DNA of 64,000 nt from Vicinamibacterales bacterium (lineage in GTDB: Bacteria > Acidobacteriota > Vicinamibacteria > Vicinamibacterales > JAMQPK01). The stretch is from positions 13,877 through 77,876 of the forward strand of contig CAVXJF010000013.1 of the NCBI GenBank assembly GCA_963762055.1, read 5' to 3'. The notes beneath the pieces were generated by a model. The model was not told where the DNA came from and did no database searches. It was given only the letters and a program-made list of their open reading frames with translations. This document shows, in pieces, positions 28,507 to 35,949 of this stretch. The translations under genes and the position numbers were made by a program. Position 1 is the first letter of the stretch. The number at the start of each line of letters is the position of its first letter.

Positions 28507-28867
28507 GGTCCGGCAGAAGTCCGGCTAAAGCCGGAACTACGTTTTCGATTGTCGACCGTCGACTTTCGACTCTCGACCTCGAGTTTCGACTCTCGACTTT
28601 CGACTTTTGACTCTCGACTTTTGACTTTCGCCTTTCGCCTTTCGCCTTTCGACTCTTCGGCCCACCCCGCTCCCTCGCCCAGTCCGACCGCATCTGCGCG
28701 AGCCCGTCCATGTAGACCGCAACCCGCTCGCGTTCCTCTTCGCTCTGCATCGACTTCAACAAATCGATTGCCTTCGCGAAATCTTCGGCAATCGTCGCGC
28801 GCGAGGTCTGGTAATACAGCCGTTTGATCTCGGCGTGTTTGTCGTCCGCCGACAACATCCTGATCAT
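28469..28867 (-). CDS. Hypothetical protein; structured N-terminus (~65 aa) plus a K/R/S/E tail encoded by the heptamer array
   Basis: MIRMLSADDKHAEIKRLYYQTSRATIAEDFAKAIDLLKSMQSEEERERVAVYMDGLAQMRSDWARE looks protein-like. The rest (KSKVESQKSKVESRNSRSRVESR...) is read-through of the 7-nt repeat. Its ATG overlaps the upstream stop (ATGA). Confidence 0.45.
   Translation of the reverse strand: MIRMLSADDKHAEIKRLYYQTSRATIAEDFAKAIDLLKSMQSEEERERVAVYMDGLAQMRSDWARERGGPKSRKAKGERRKSKVESQKSKVESRNSRSRVESRRSTIENVVPALAGLLPDLTRTFCFSSARL
28507..28540 (+). repeat. REP-like hairpin (GTCCGGCTAAAGCCGGAAC) with a duplicated half-site
   Basis: ggtccggcagaaGTCCGGCtaaaGCCGGAac, immediately after the PolX TAA. The same motif occurs at 36909-36928 and 17279-17296. 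Confidence 0.75.
28541..28660. repeat. TCGACTT/TCGCCTT heptamer tandem array (~16 units)
   Basis: ...tcgactt tcgactc tcgacc tcgagtt tcgactc tcgactt tcgactt ttgactc tcgactt ttgactt tcgcctt tcgcctt tcgcctt tcgactc... Confidence 0.9.
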
Positions 28868-28992
28868 GACGATTTCTGGCCGGATACGATCCGCTTGCGG
28901 ACGAGGATCGCACGCTCCTCTTTTGTGCCCTTCATCGCCACCTTCATGCGCTGGGCAACGTTGAGCCCGCCGAGGCGCTGGCTCGCGCTCAT
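28864..28992 (-). CDS. Micro-ORF (42 aa, MSASQRLGGLNVAQRMKVAMKGTKEERAILVRK...), translationally coupled on both sides
   Basis: Its ATG overlaps the stop of the upstream ORF (ATGA) and its TGA overlaps the next ATG (ATGA). It is below the ORF-track size cutoff. Confidence 0.35.
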   Translation of the reverse strand: MSASQRLGGLNVAQRMKVAMKGTKEERAILVRKRIVSGQKSS

Positions 28993-29375
28993 CCGCTCAC
29001 CGTCGGTCGCCTCGCCCCCGCCGCGGGCCTCCGGCTGCCCGGTGTCGGGCTGGTGTCGACCAGCGGCTCGTCCTCCTCGATATCCGCTCCGGGCGCCGGC
29101 TCGACGCCGCGTCCACGGAAGAACTCCCGCATCCCCTCGGAGACATCCGTGCGGCCAAGAAATCCGGCCAGAGAATCAGCCGGAATCGACGCGAGCGTGG
29201 CTTCGGCCGCGGCGCGTATTTCCTCGTCACCGTCTTCGGTCAGCAGCGCGAGCAGTGCCATCTGCTCGTGCGCCCGCGGCGCCAGCGCTCCGCGCGCCGC
29301 CAGCAGACGAACATCTTTTGCGACTTCTCCACGTTTGAAGAAATCCACTAGTGGGCTGCGAACTCCGAGCTCCAT
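28989..29375 (-). CDS. Hypothetical HEAT-repeat-like protein (128 aa)
   Basis: Start at MELGVRSPLVDFFKRGEVAKDVRLLAARGALAPRAHEQMALLALLTEDGDEEIRAAAEATLASIP. Its ATG shares one nt with the rodZ stop (TGATG). The upstream part of ORF 28989..29603 is overlap junk. Confidence 0.5.
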   Translation of the reverse strand: MELGVRSPLVDFFKRGEVAKDVRLLAARGALAPRAHEQMALLALLTEDGDEEIRAAAEATLASIPADSLAGFLGRTDVSEGMREFFRGRGVEPAPGADIEEDEPLVDTSPTPGSRRPAAGARRPTVSG

Positions 29376-30202
29376 CAGGGTGTAATGAAGTCGTTGAGGT
29401 TGGCAGGTGTGATGCGCCCGCTGACCACGTCGCCCGGGGCGCCCAGGGGCCGTCCCGCGCGGCCGTTGAGCGTAAACGCAAATGCGCCGGCGTCGCCGAC
29501 GTTGAACGTGATTTGCTCCTTCGCGTGCACGACCTGCCTGTCGCCGGGACGCATCAACCCGGAAAACGCCGGTTCTCCGTCGGCCGTCACCGATACCCAG
29601 CATGCGCCGCGCGGCGAGATCTCCATGATCAATCCCGCGGCCGCCACGCTGCTGGTCGGTGCGCTGGCCACGGACGGCGACGCTGCTTCAGCACCCTGGG
29701 GCTCAGCACCGGGGCCGCCGGCTGTCTCTGGCGCCGCGGCTGCGGACTCGACAGGCGACGGGGCGCTCATATCCGCGGCAGGACCCCGGAGGCCAAAATA
29801 AACGACCAATCCGATGATCGGCAGGCTTACCGCCGCGAGCCGCATGGCTGTGGCGACGGCTCTGCGGTCACTCTCGAGCTGCTCGCCGTCTTCGGTCATG
29901 ACCGAACGGGCGGTCGCATTTGCCGCCTCGGGCGGAAGCTCGGCAATGAAGTCCTGCATCGTGCGATCGGGATCGAGGCCGACTTCCTCTGCATAGGCGC
30001 GAATGAACGCGCGCGTGAAGATCCCCCCAGGCAGGCGTGACAAATCGCTGCGCTCGAGGGCCTCGAGCGACATCACAGAAATGCGGGTACTGTTCGCAAT
30101 CTGCCGGAGAGACACGCCACGCCTTTCGCGCGCCTCGCGCAGGCGGGCGCCGACTGTCCGGGCTGGGGGAGCCTGGGTCATCAGCTCTGATTTGCGGTCC
30201 AT
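29375..30202 (-). CDS. rodZ: RodZ-like cytoskeleton protein (HTH + TM + DUF4115)
   Basis: XRE-type HTH (VGARLREARERRGVSLRQIANSTRISVMSLEALE), one TM (LAAVSLPIIGLVVYF) and a C-terminal DUF4115-like beta domain (ACWVSVTADGEPAFSGLMRPGDRQVV...FAFTLNG). Confidence 0.75.
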   Translation of the reverse strand: MDRKSELMTQAPPARTVGARLREARERRGVSLRQIANSTRISVMSLEALERSDLSRLPGGIFTRAFIRAYAEEVGLDPDRTMQDFIAELPPEAANATARSVMTEDGEQLESDRRAVATAMRLAAVSLPIIGLVVYFGLRGPAADMSAPSPVESAAAAPETAGGPGAEPQGAEAASPSVASAPTSSVAAAGLIMEISPRGACWVSVTADGEPAFSGLMRPGDRQVVHAKEQITFNVGDAGAFAFTLNGRAGRPLGAPGDVVSGRITPANLNDFITP

Positions 30203-30203
30203 G

Positions 30204-30878
30204 TTAGGGAACGGCCTCGCATGTGTCAAACACCCGACGCAGCGCAGTGGCAACCGCCCGCACGTGGGCGTCGGGCGATGCACCGTCTGGGGGGATGAAC
30301 AGGCCGATGGCGGCGATCCCCGCCGCGCCCGCTCGAACGGCTGCCGCGGCGCGCTCGACGGTCATCCCGCCGATTGCCAGCACCGGAACGGTGCCGCGGG
30401 CCGCCGCACACGCCGCCGCCAGCTCGGCAACGGGCGTGAGCGGATAAGGTCCGTGTTTCGATGGCGTGGGGAACAACGTGCCGAAGATCAGGTAGTCCAC
30501 TCCGCCTTCTCGCGCAATCGCCGCGGCCTCAGCCGCGGTGTGCACGGAGCGCCCCACCAGGGCGCCAGCCGGCAACAGCTCCCGAACCCGCCGTGCCTCG
30601 ATCGAGTCGCCACGCAGATGCACACCATGTGCGCCGGCCGCGAGCGCGACGTCGGTGCGATCGTTCACCACAACCCTGGCCGGCGTGCCTTTCACGGCCG
30701 CAACGCAGCGTGCCGTGAGGCTCACGAGCTCGGCGGTGCTGAGATCTCGCTCGCGAATCTGGATCACGTCAATCCCGGCGGCTGCCGCGGCGTGTACGAC
30801 CGACACCAGCCGATCGAGGGCGTCGAGCTCATCGGGGCCGGCCGACCAGCGCCGGCGGTCGCTGACCAGGCTGATCAT
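30204..30878 (-). CDS. thiE: Thiamine-phosphate synthase
   Basis: Start at MISLVSD (30878). ...IDVIQIRERDLS...VVNDRTDVALAAGAHGVHL...GRSVHT...VDYLIFGTLFPTPSK...PVLAIGG. Confidence 0.8.
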   Translation of the reverse strand: MISLVSDRRRWSAGPDELDALDRLVSVVHAAAAAGIDVIQIRERDLSTAELVSLTARCVAAVKGTPARVVVNDRTDVALAAGAHGVHLRGDSIEARRVRELLPAGALVGRSVHTAAEAAAIAREGGVDYLIFGTLFPTPSKHGPYPLTPVAELAAACAAARGTVPVLAIGGMTVERAAAAVRAGAAGIAAIGLFIPPDGASPDAHVRAVATALRRVFDTCEAVP

Positions 30879-31135
30879 GACTGCTCGATCGTTTCCATCG
30901 TCTCCATCCGCCGGCGCGCCATCAGCACCGCCGCGAGTTCGTTGAATCCCATCAGCAGGTTCACGACGCCCAGTCCCGACACCGCGCCGCGCACGTAGTT
31001 GTTGCGGATGACGTCGTGAAGAACGGGCAGAGCCGTGACGAAGTAGTTGCGATCCCAGAAAGACGACCACGGCACGAGCACGAGGACGAGCCCCACCTCG
31101 ATGAAGTACGCGACGAGAAGCAGCCGTCTCAACAC
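30875..31135 (-). CDS. Small hydrophobic membrane protein (86 aa)
   Basis: Two predicted TM segments (LLLVAYFIEVGLVLVLVPW; GAVSGLGVVNLLMGF). Its stop overlaps the thiE ATG (ATGA). Confidence 0.45.
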   Translation of the reverse strand: MLRRLLLVAYFIEVGLVLVLVPWSSFWDRNYFVTALPVLHDVIRNNYVRGAVSGLGVVNLLMGFNELAAVLMARRRMETMETIEQS

Positions 31136-31338
31136 GCTGCTCCGCCTGTCTGAATCTTCAATTGTTCGAGCCCGGCACGAAACGCATGCGCGGAATGCGC
31201 CCGCGATTCGACCATCAACCCCTGTTTCGCCGAAAGGTCGCCGAGCTGCAGCATGGAGTTTTCTTCGTCGGGCTCGATCTTCAGGATCGGGAGCAGCTTC
31301 TCCGCGTTGCGGAACGTTTCCTCGCGATCGAATGGCAC
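31129..31338 (-). CDS. Short TPR-like ORF (69 aa), possibly a gene fragment
   Basis: MPFDREETFRNAEKLL...KIEPDEENSMLQLGDLSAKQG resembles the N-terminus of large TPR proteins but is far too short. Confidence 0.3.
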   Translation of the reverse strand: MPFDREETFRNAEKLLPILKIEPDEENSMLQLGDLSAKQGLMVESRAHSAHAFRAGLEQLKIQTGGAAC

Positions 31339-31354
31339 AGGTCAGGCGAGAACG

Positions 31355-31987
31355 TCAATCAATCGTATCAAATTCCAACGGCAGCGTCGGCGGACTGAAC
31401 GACTGACGGTGGACCGTGGAATAACCAAATTGTCTGACGGCGGCGAGATGTTCCGCTGTGGCGTACCCCTTGTGGCGTGCAAATCCGTAACGGGGATCCT
31501 GCGCGTGCAGGTCGCGCATCTGCCGGTCGCGCGTCACCTTGGCGACAATCGATGCAGCGGCAATGGCCGCGCAGCGCTGATCGCCGTGCACGACGCCGCG
31601 CTGCGCCATGAGCAGGTCGGGGATGCGGAACGCATCGACGAGCACCAGATCGGGAAGGGGGGCCATCGACATGACCGCTCGCCGCATCGCCTGCAGCGAC
31701 GCCTGATGGATATTGATCCGATCGATCTCGGTCGGCGATGCCTCGGCGACCGCCCACGCGAGCGCGCGCGAGGTAATCTCCTGGAAGAGCTCCTCGCGCT
31801 CGTCGGCCGGGACGGTCTTCGAGTCGCTCAACCCGCGAATATGCCGATCGGGGTGCAGCACCACGGCTCCGGCGACGACAGGGCCAGCCAGGCACCCGCG
31901 GCCGACCTCGTCTACGCCGCACACCCGATTGAATCCCAGCTTGCGGAGAACGTTCTCCAAAGTACGCGTGGCCGATACGCGAACCAT
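31355..31987 (-). CDS. rnhB: Ribonuclease HII
   Basis: GVDEVGRGCLAGPVVAGAVVL..., DSK, and a ...HKGYAT... C-terminal region. Confidence 0.9.
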   Translation of the reverse strand: MVRVSATRTLENVLRKLGFNRVCGVDEVGRGCLAGPVVAGAVVLHPDRHIRGLSDSKTVPADEREELFQEITSRALAWAVAEASPTEIDRINIHQASLQAMRRAVMSMAPLPDLVLVDAFRIPDLLMAQRGVVHGDQRCAAIAAASIVAKVTRDRQMRDLHAQDPRYGFARHKGYATAEHLAAVRQFGYSTVHRQSFSPPTLPLEFDTID

Positions 31988-32017
31988 CTCGGGAATTATA
32001 CGGATCCGCGGGGTCTC

Positions 32018-32359
32018 TTATTTGCCGCTTTCCCGCATGCGGGCGGCTTTGCCCTTGAGATCGCGGAGGAAGTACAGCTTCGCGCGGCGCACTCTCGCCG
32101 TCCGCACGACCTCCACTTTCTGAATAATCGGCGAGTGCAAGGGGAAAATGCGCTCGACGCCCTGGCCGAACGACACCTTGCGGACGGTAAACGACGAACG
32201 CACACCGCCCCGGTGCATGCCGATGACCATGCCTTCGAACACCTGAATGCGCTCTTTGTCTCCCTCGCGCACCTTCACGTGCACTTTAACTGTGTCTCCG
32301 GCCTTCAGCTGCGGCCGTTCGGTCATCTGTGTCTTGTCAACCAGCTCAATCGCGCCCAT
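32018..32359 (-). CDS. rplS: 50S ribosomal protein L19
   Basis: [62 protein letters not shown]. Confidence 0.95.
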   Translation of the reverse strand: MGAIELVDKTQMTERPQLKAGDTVKVHVKVREGDKERIQVFEGMVIGMHRGGVRSSFTVRKVSFGQGVERIFPLHSPIIQKVEVVRTARVRRAKLYFLRDLKGKAARMRESGK

Positions 32360-33104
32360 GGGCGACTCCCTTCTTCGCTTCCATCAATTCTCGCAGGATT
32401 TCCTGCTCTTCCACATCCAGCTCTGCATCCGCCAGCAGATCCGGCCGCCGCAGCAGCGTCAGCTCGATCGCCTGCCGCTTTCGCCACTTGCGAATCTCGC
32501 CGTGATGGCCCGAGACGAGCACATCCGGCACCTTCCACTCCCTGAACTCCGACGGCCGCGTGTAATGCGGGTAATCCAGCAGGCCGCGCGAGAACGAATC
32601 GCCTTCGACCGACGCCTCGTCTCCGACCACTCCCGGTATCAGCCTCGCCACCGCGTCCACGATGACCATCGCCGGAAGCTCTCCACCGCTGAGCACGTAG
32701 TCGCCGATCGACAGCTCCTCGGTCGCCAGATACTGGCGGACGCGATCGTCGATCCCTTCGTATCGGCCGCAGAGGATCACTACGCGATCCAGCATCGCGA
32801 GCCGCGCCGCCTCGGCCTGCGAAAAATGCCGCCCGTGCGGCGACACCATCACAATCGCCTGCGGCTCACCCACGTCCTTGCGAATCGCATCGACCGCTTT
32901 GAACACCGGCTCCGGCTTCAGGACCATGCCAGGGCCGCCGCCGTACGGCACGTCGTCAACCGTACGGTGCCGATCTTCGGTGAAGTCGCGAAGGTCGCGC
33001 GCGCTCACCGTCAGCAGGTCGCGCTGTATCGCCTTCGCAAGTATGCCGTCCGCAACCGCCGCCTCGATCATCCGAGGGAAGATCGTGACGATATCAAAGC
33101 GCAT
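32346..33104 (-). CDS. trmD: tRNA (guanine37-N1)-methyltransferase
   Basis: [12 protein letters not shown]...[18 protein letters not shown]...[13 protein letters not shown]...[16 protein letters not shown]. Confidence 0.95.
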   Translation of the reverse strand: MRFDIVTIFPRMIEAAVADGILAKAIQRDLLTVSARDLRDFTEDRHRTVDDVPYGGGPGMVLKPEPVFKAVDAIRKDVGEPQAIVMVSPHGRHFSQAEAARLAMLDRVVILCGRYEGIDDRVRQYLATEELSIGDYVLSGGELPAMVIVDAVARLIPGVVGDEASVEGDSFSRGLLDYPHYTRPSEFREWKVPDVLVSGHHGEIRKWRKRQAIELTLLRRPDLLADAELDVEEQEILRELMEAKKGVAHGRD

Positions 33105-33651
33105 TAGACCGCCGTTTCGTGATGTTCAAGTCCAGCAGCCCGTCGGGCGGCTCGACAACGATCTTTCTACGAGCGGTATCGACCTCGAGGCAGATGCCTT
33201 CCACGAGCGGAATCAGCACTTCACCGTCGCTGCCGCTCTGAACGATCAACCGGCTCCCGGCCCCGTCCCCCTCGACCCCAGTAACAACGCCGATCGAATC
33301 CCCTCGCGGTGTCTCCACCGAGCATCCGATCAGGTCGTGGCGATAAAACGATCCCGGAGGCAGCGGCTGCAGCGACTCGGCATCGATCCGGAGCTCGCTT
33401 CCCGCCAGCGCCTCTGCCGCGTCCATCGTCGCCACGCCGGCAAGGCCGATGATCGGCCGGCCGCGATGAAACCGCACGCTCTCGACCGTCAGGGCCTCGA
33501 TGACGCCGGCCCGCTGCATGAGCAGCACCGAGCCCGGCCTGAACCGCTCTTCCGGAAAATCCGTCGCCGGATCGACGATGACCTGGCCGCGATTCCCATG
33601 CGCACGCGCAACGCGCCCGACCAGCACCATCTCGTCCCAATCTCCAGCCAT
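33094..33651 (-). CDS. rimM: 16S rRNA processing protein RimM
   Basis: [18 protein letters not shown]...FPEERF..., PRC-barrel C-terminus ...[15 protein letters not shown]. Confidence 0.9.
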   Translation of the reverse strand: MAGDWDEMVLVGRVARAHGNRGQVIVDPATDFPEERFRPGSVLLMQRAGVIEALTVESVRFHRGRPIIGLAGVATMDAAEALAGSELRIDAESLQPLPPGSFYRHDLIGCSVETPRGDSIGVVTGVEGDGAGSRLIVQSGSDGEVLIPLVEGICLEVDTARRKIVVEPPDGLLDLNITKRRSNAL

Positions 33652-33741
33652 CGCGACTTTGGACTCTGGACTCTTTGGACTCTCGGACTCTGGACTCTTG
33701 GACTCTTGGACTCTTTCGACTCCCAGACTCCCCGACTCCCC
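33652..33741. repeat. GGACTCT (7/8-nt) tandem array occupying the whole KH-rimM intercistronic spacer
   Basis: gactttggactctggactctttggactctcggactctggactcttggactcttggactctttcgactcccagactccccgactcccc. It is bounded by the rimM ATG (33651) and the KH-protein stop (33742). Confidence 0.9.
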
Positions 33742-33981
33742 TCAGTCCCTGACTTCCAGATTCACCTTCTTGCCCAGCCGCTCCCCTGTCATCGCCGCGA
33801 TGGTGCGCATGGCCTGAATGGTGCGGCCCTGGCGCCCGATCAGCTTGCCGACGTCGGGAGGAGCAACGGACACTTCGACGAGCGTCGTGCCGGAATGTTC
33901 GGTTTCCGTCACAGAGACTCGCTGCGGTGAATCTGCGAGCGCCTTCGCGACAGTTTCGATGACGTCGCGAACGGCTGTCAC
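33742..33981 (-). CDS. KH-domain RNA-binding protein (UPF0109)
   Basis: 79 aa with PPDVGKLIGRQGRTIQAMRTI. It sits at the conserved position between rpsP and rimM. Confidence 0.9.
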   Translation of the reverse strand: MTAVRDVIETVAKALADSPQRVSVTETEHSGTTLVEVSVAPPDVGKLIGRQGRTIQAMRTIAAMTGERLGKKVNLEVRD

Positions 33982-34265
33982 GCCGTCGCTCCAGCCGGCT
34001 TGCCCGCCGTGGCAGCCTCGGCCGCGGGAGTGGGCATGTGCCGCTTCAGCAGCGTGCGGACCGTGTCGGACAGCTTCGCGCCCTTCCCAACCCAGTGGGC
34101 GATCCGCTCGCGGTCGATCAGCACCTTCGCCGGCTTCAGACGCGGGTTGTAGTGCCCCACGATCTCCACGAAACTGCTGTCGCGCGCCGCGCGCGAATCA
34201 GTGACGACCACGCGGAAGAACGGCCGCTTCTTCGAGCCCATCTTTCTCATCCGAATCACTAACAT
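33978..34265 (-). CDS. rpsP: 30S ribosomal protein S16
   Basis: MLVIRMRKMGSKKRPFFRVVVTDSRAARDSSFVEIVGHYNP. Confidence 0.95.
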   Translation of the reverse strand: MLVIRMRKMGSKKRPFFRVVVTDSRAARDSSFVEIVGHYNPRLKPAKVLIDRERIAHWVGKGAKLSDTVRTLLKRHMPTPAAEAATAGKPAGATA

Positions 34266-34333
34266 GTACTGCTTCTCCTCACTGAACTACGAACTAAGGT
34301 CTACACTGCGAACCAAGTCGACCGTGATTATCC

Positions 34334-34368
34334 AGATCTTAGGTCTCAGATCCTGAGATCTCAGAATC
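34334..34368. repeat. AGATCTN heptamer array (5 units) between ffh and rpsP
   Basis: agatctt aggtctc agatcct gagatct cagaatc. It contains the TCTCAG/CTGAGA hairpin. Confidence 0.6.
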
Positions 34369-34378
34369 CGCGTACGTC

Positions 34379-35740
34379 TTACCTCCGCCCCATCAAGGAA
34401 CTCAACTTCGCCCGCGCTTTCCAGTCCGGCTTGCCGCTGGTCATGCCACCCATCATCTTGAGCATCTTGCGCATCTGCACGAACTGCTTGAGCAGCCGGT
34501 TGACTTCTTCGACGGTGGTGCCGCTGCCCCGCGCGATGCGCTTACGGCGGCTGCCGTTGATCACGTCGCTGCGGCGGCGCTCGTGCGGCGTCATGGAACT
34601 GATGATGGCTTCGATGCGCGCGATCTGCTTATCGTCGGGCTTCTGCCCGGCAAGCTGTTTGATGTTGCCCATGCCCGGGATCATCCCGATGATCTGCTCG
34701 AGTGGTCCCATCTTCTTGATCGCCTGAAGCTGCTCCCGGAAATCTTCGAGGGTGAACTCGTCCTTCCTGACTTTCTCTTCGAGCTTCTGCGCTTCTTCGA
34801 TGTCGATCGCCTGCTCGGCGCGCTCGATGAGCGACAGCACGTCGCCCATGCCGAGCAGTCTCGACACAAGGCGATCGGGATAAAACTGCTCGAGATCCTC
34901 CAGCCGCTCGCCGCTGCCGATGAAGGCGATCGGCACGCCCACGACGGCGACAACCGACAGCGCCGCGCCGCCGCGCGCATCGCCGTCGAGCTTGGTCAGG
35001 ATGACGCCGCTCACGCCGAGGCGCCGGTTGAACTCGCCGGCGCTCTTGATGGCGTCCTGCCCGGTCATCGCATCGGCAACATAGAGCAGGTCCGATGCGC
35101 TGGTCGTATCACGAATCGCCTCGAGCTCGGTCATCAGCTCATCGTCGATATGCAGACGGCCGGCGGAGTCGACGATGACGACGTCGTAACCGAGATTCGT
35201 GGCTTCGGCGACGGCGCCCTTGGCGCGCGCCACCGGATCCATCTGACCGGCAGGATCGTGCACGCGAACGCCGAGACCGGCTTTCTGCGCGACCACGCTG
35301 AGCTGCTGAATGGCGGCCGGGCGCTTTACGTCGGTGGAAACGAGGAGGGCGTGTTTCCCCTGCTTCGTCAGCCATTTCGCCAGCTTGCCGGCGGTCGTGG
35401 TCTTGCCGGCACCCTGCAATCCAAGCAGCAGGATGACGCGGGGACGCTGCGTGCCGGGCTTGAGCCCGCCCTGGGTGTCGCCGAACAGCGCCACCATCTC
35501 GTCGCGGACGATCTTGACGACCTGCTGCGAAGGCGACAGGCTGCGCAACACGTCCTGCCCGAGCGCGCGGTCGCGTACCCGATCGACAAATGCCTTGACG
35601 ACCTTGAAGTTGACGTCGGCTTCGAGCAGAGCCAGACGGATCTCACGCAGCGCGGCCTCGACGTTTTCCGGGGTCAGCCGTGTTTCGCCGCGGAGGCTCT
35701 TGAAGACGTCTTGAAGACGGGTACTTAGTGAGTCAAACAT
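34379..35740 (-). CDS. ffh: Signal recognition particle protein Ffh
   Basis: MFDSLSTRLQDVFKSLRG..., GLQGAGKTTT, DTAGRL-type (DSAGRL), and an M-domain with a Met-rich C-terminus. Start at 35740. Confidence 0.95.
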   Translation of the reverse strand: MFDSLSTRLQDVFKSLRGETRLTPENVEAALREIRLALLEADVNFKVVKAFVDRVRDRALGQDVLRSLSPSQQVVKIVRDEMVALFGDTQGGLKPGTQRPRVILLLGLQGAGKTTTAGKLAKWLTKQGKHALLVSTDVKRPAAIQQLSVVAQKAGLGVRVHDPAGQMDPVARAKGAVAEATNLGYDVVIVDSAGRLHIDDELMTELEAIRDTTSASDLLYVADAMTGQDAIKSAGEFNRRLGVSGVILTKLDGDARGGAALSVVAVVGVPIAFIGSGERLEDLEQFYPDRLVSRLLGMGDVLSLIERAEQAIDIEEAQKLEEKVRKDEFTLEDFREQLQAIKKMGPLEQIIGMIPGMGNIKQLAGQKPDDKQIARIEAIISSMTPHERRRSDVINGSRRKRIARGSGTTVEEVNRLLKQFVQMRKMLKMMGGMTSGKPDWKARAKLSSLMGRR

Positions 35741-35783
35741 TCCGGGATCCGATGCGCGCAACTAACTGCGCGCCACCGCGCAC

Positions 35784-35811
35784 CCGGAACCGGAACTCGG
35801 AACCAGGAACC
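35784..35811. repeat. CGGAACN heptamer array (4 units)
   Basis: ccggaac cggaact cggaacc aggaacc. Confidence 0.6.
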
Positions 35812-35880
35812 ATTGGTAGCGCTAAGCTGCTCTAGCGCAAACGCTTATCGTAGCGGATGGGAGGGGAAACTGTCAATTGA

Positions 35881-35949
35881 AAGGGGTTAGGGGTGAAGGG
35901 CAAGGGGCAATGGTTTTACCCCTCGCCCCCTCACCCCTTGCCCCTTTTC
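35881..35949. repeat. Inverted G-rich / C-rich heptamer arms (AGGGGTN x4 ... CCCCTNN x4); G-quadruplex motif on each strand
   Basis: Plus strand: GGGGttaGGGGtgaaGGGcaaGGGG (35883-35907). Minus strand: GGGGcaaGGGGtgaGGGGGcgaGGGG (35944-35919). The arms are separated by caatggtttta, directly 3' of the cupin gene stop. Confidence 0.8.

Noticed and set aside
28541-28660. Could the tandem repeat blocks (here and at 33652, 55843, 60468, 5868) be CRISPR arrays?
   Set aside because: The period is 7-8 nt with no unique spacers between repeats. CRISPR repeats are typically tens of nt, separated by spacers of similar length. No cas genes are present in the window.
28989-29010. A frameshift in a G5 run joining the HEAT-like ORF to the following 42-aa ORF, by analogy with the three extra-G frameshifts.
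   Set aside because: The stop of the first ORF and the ATG of the second form a perfect ATGA overlap, and the second ORF's stop does the same with the next gene. Genuine separate, coupled ORFs are at least as likely. This is kept as a low-confidence note in the findings rather than called a pseudogene.
35883-35893. Telomere-like GGGGTTAGGGG as evidence for a linear replicon end.
   Set aside because: It is a single internal occurrence within a heptamer array between ordinary genes, with no repeat tract at a sequence end. It is better explained as one variant of the G-rich heptamer unit.
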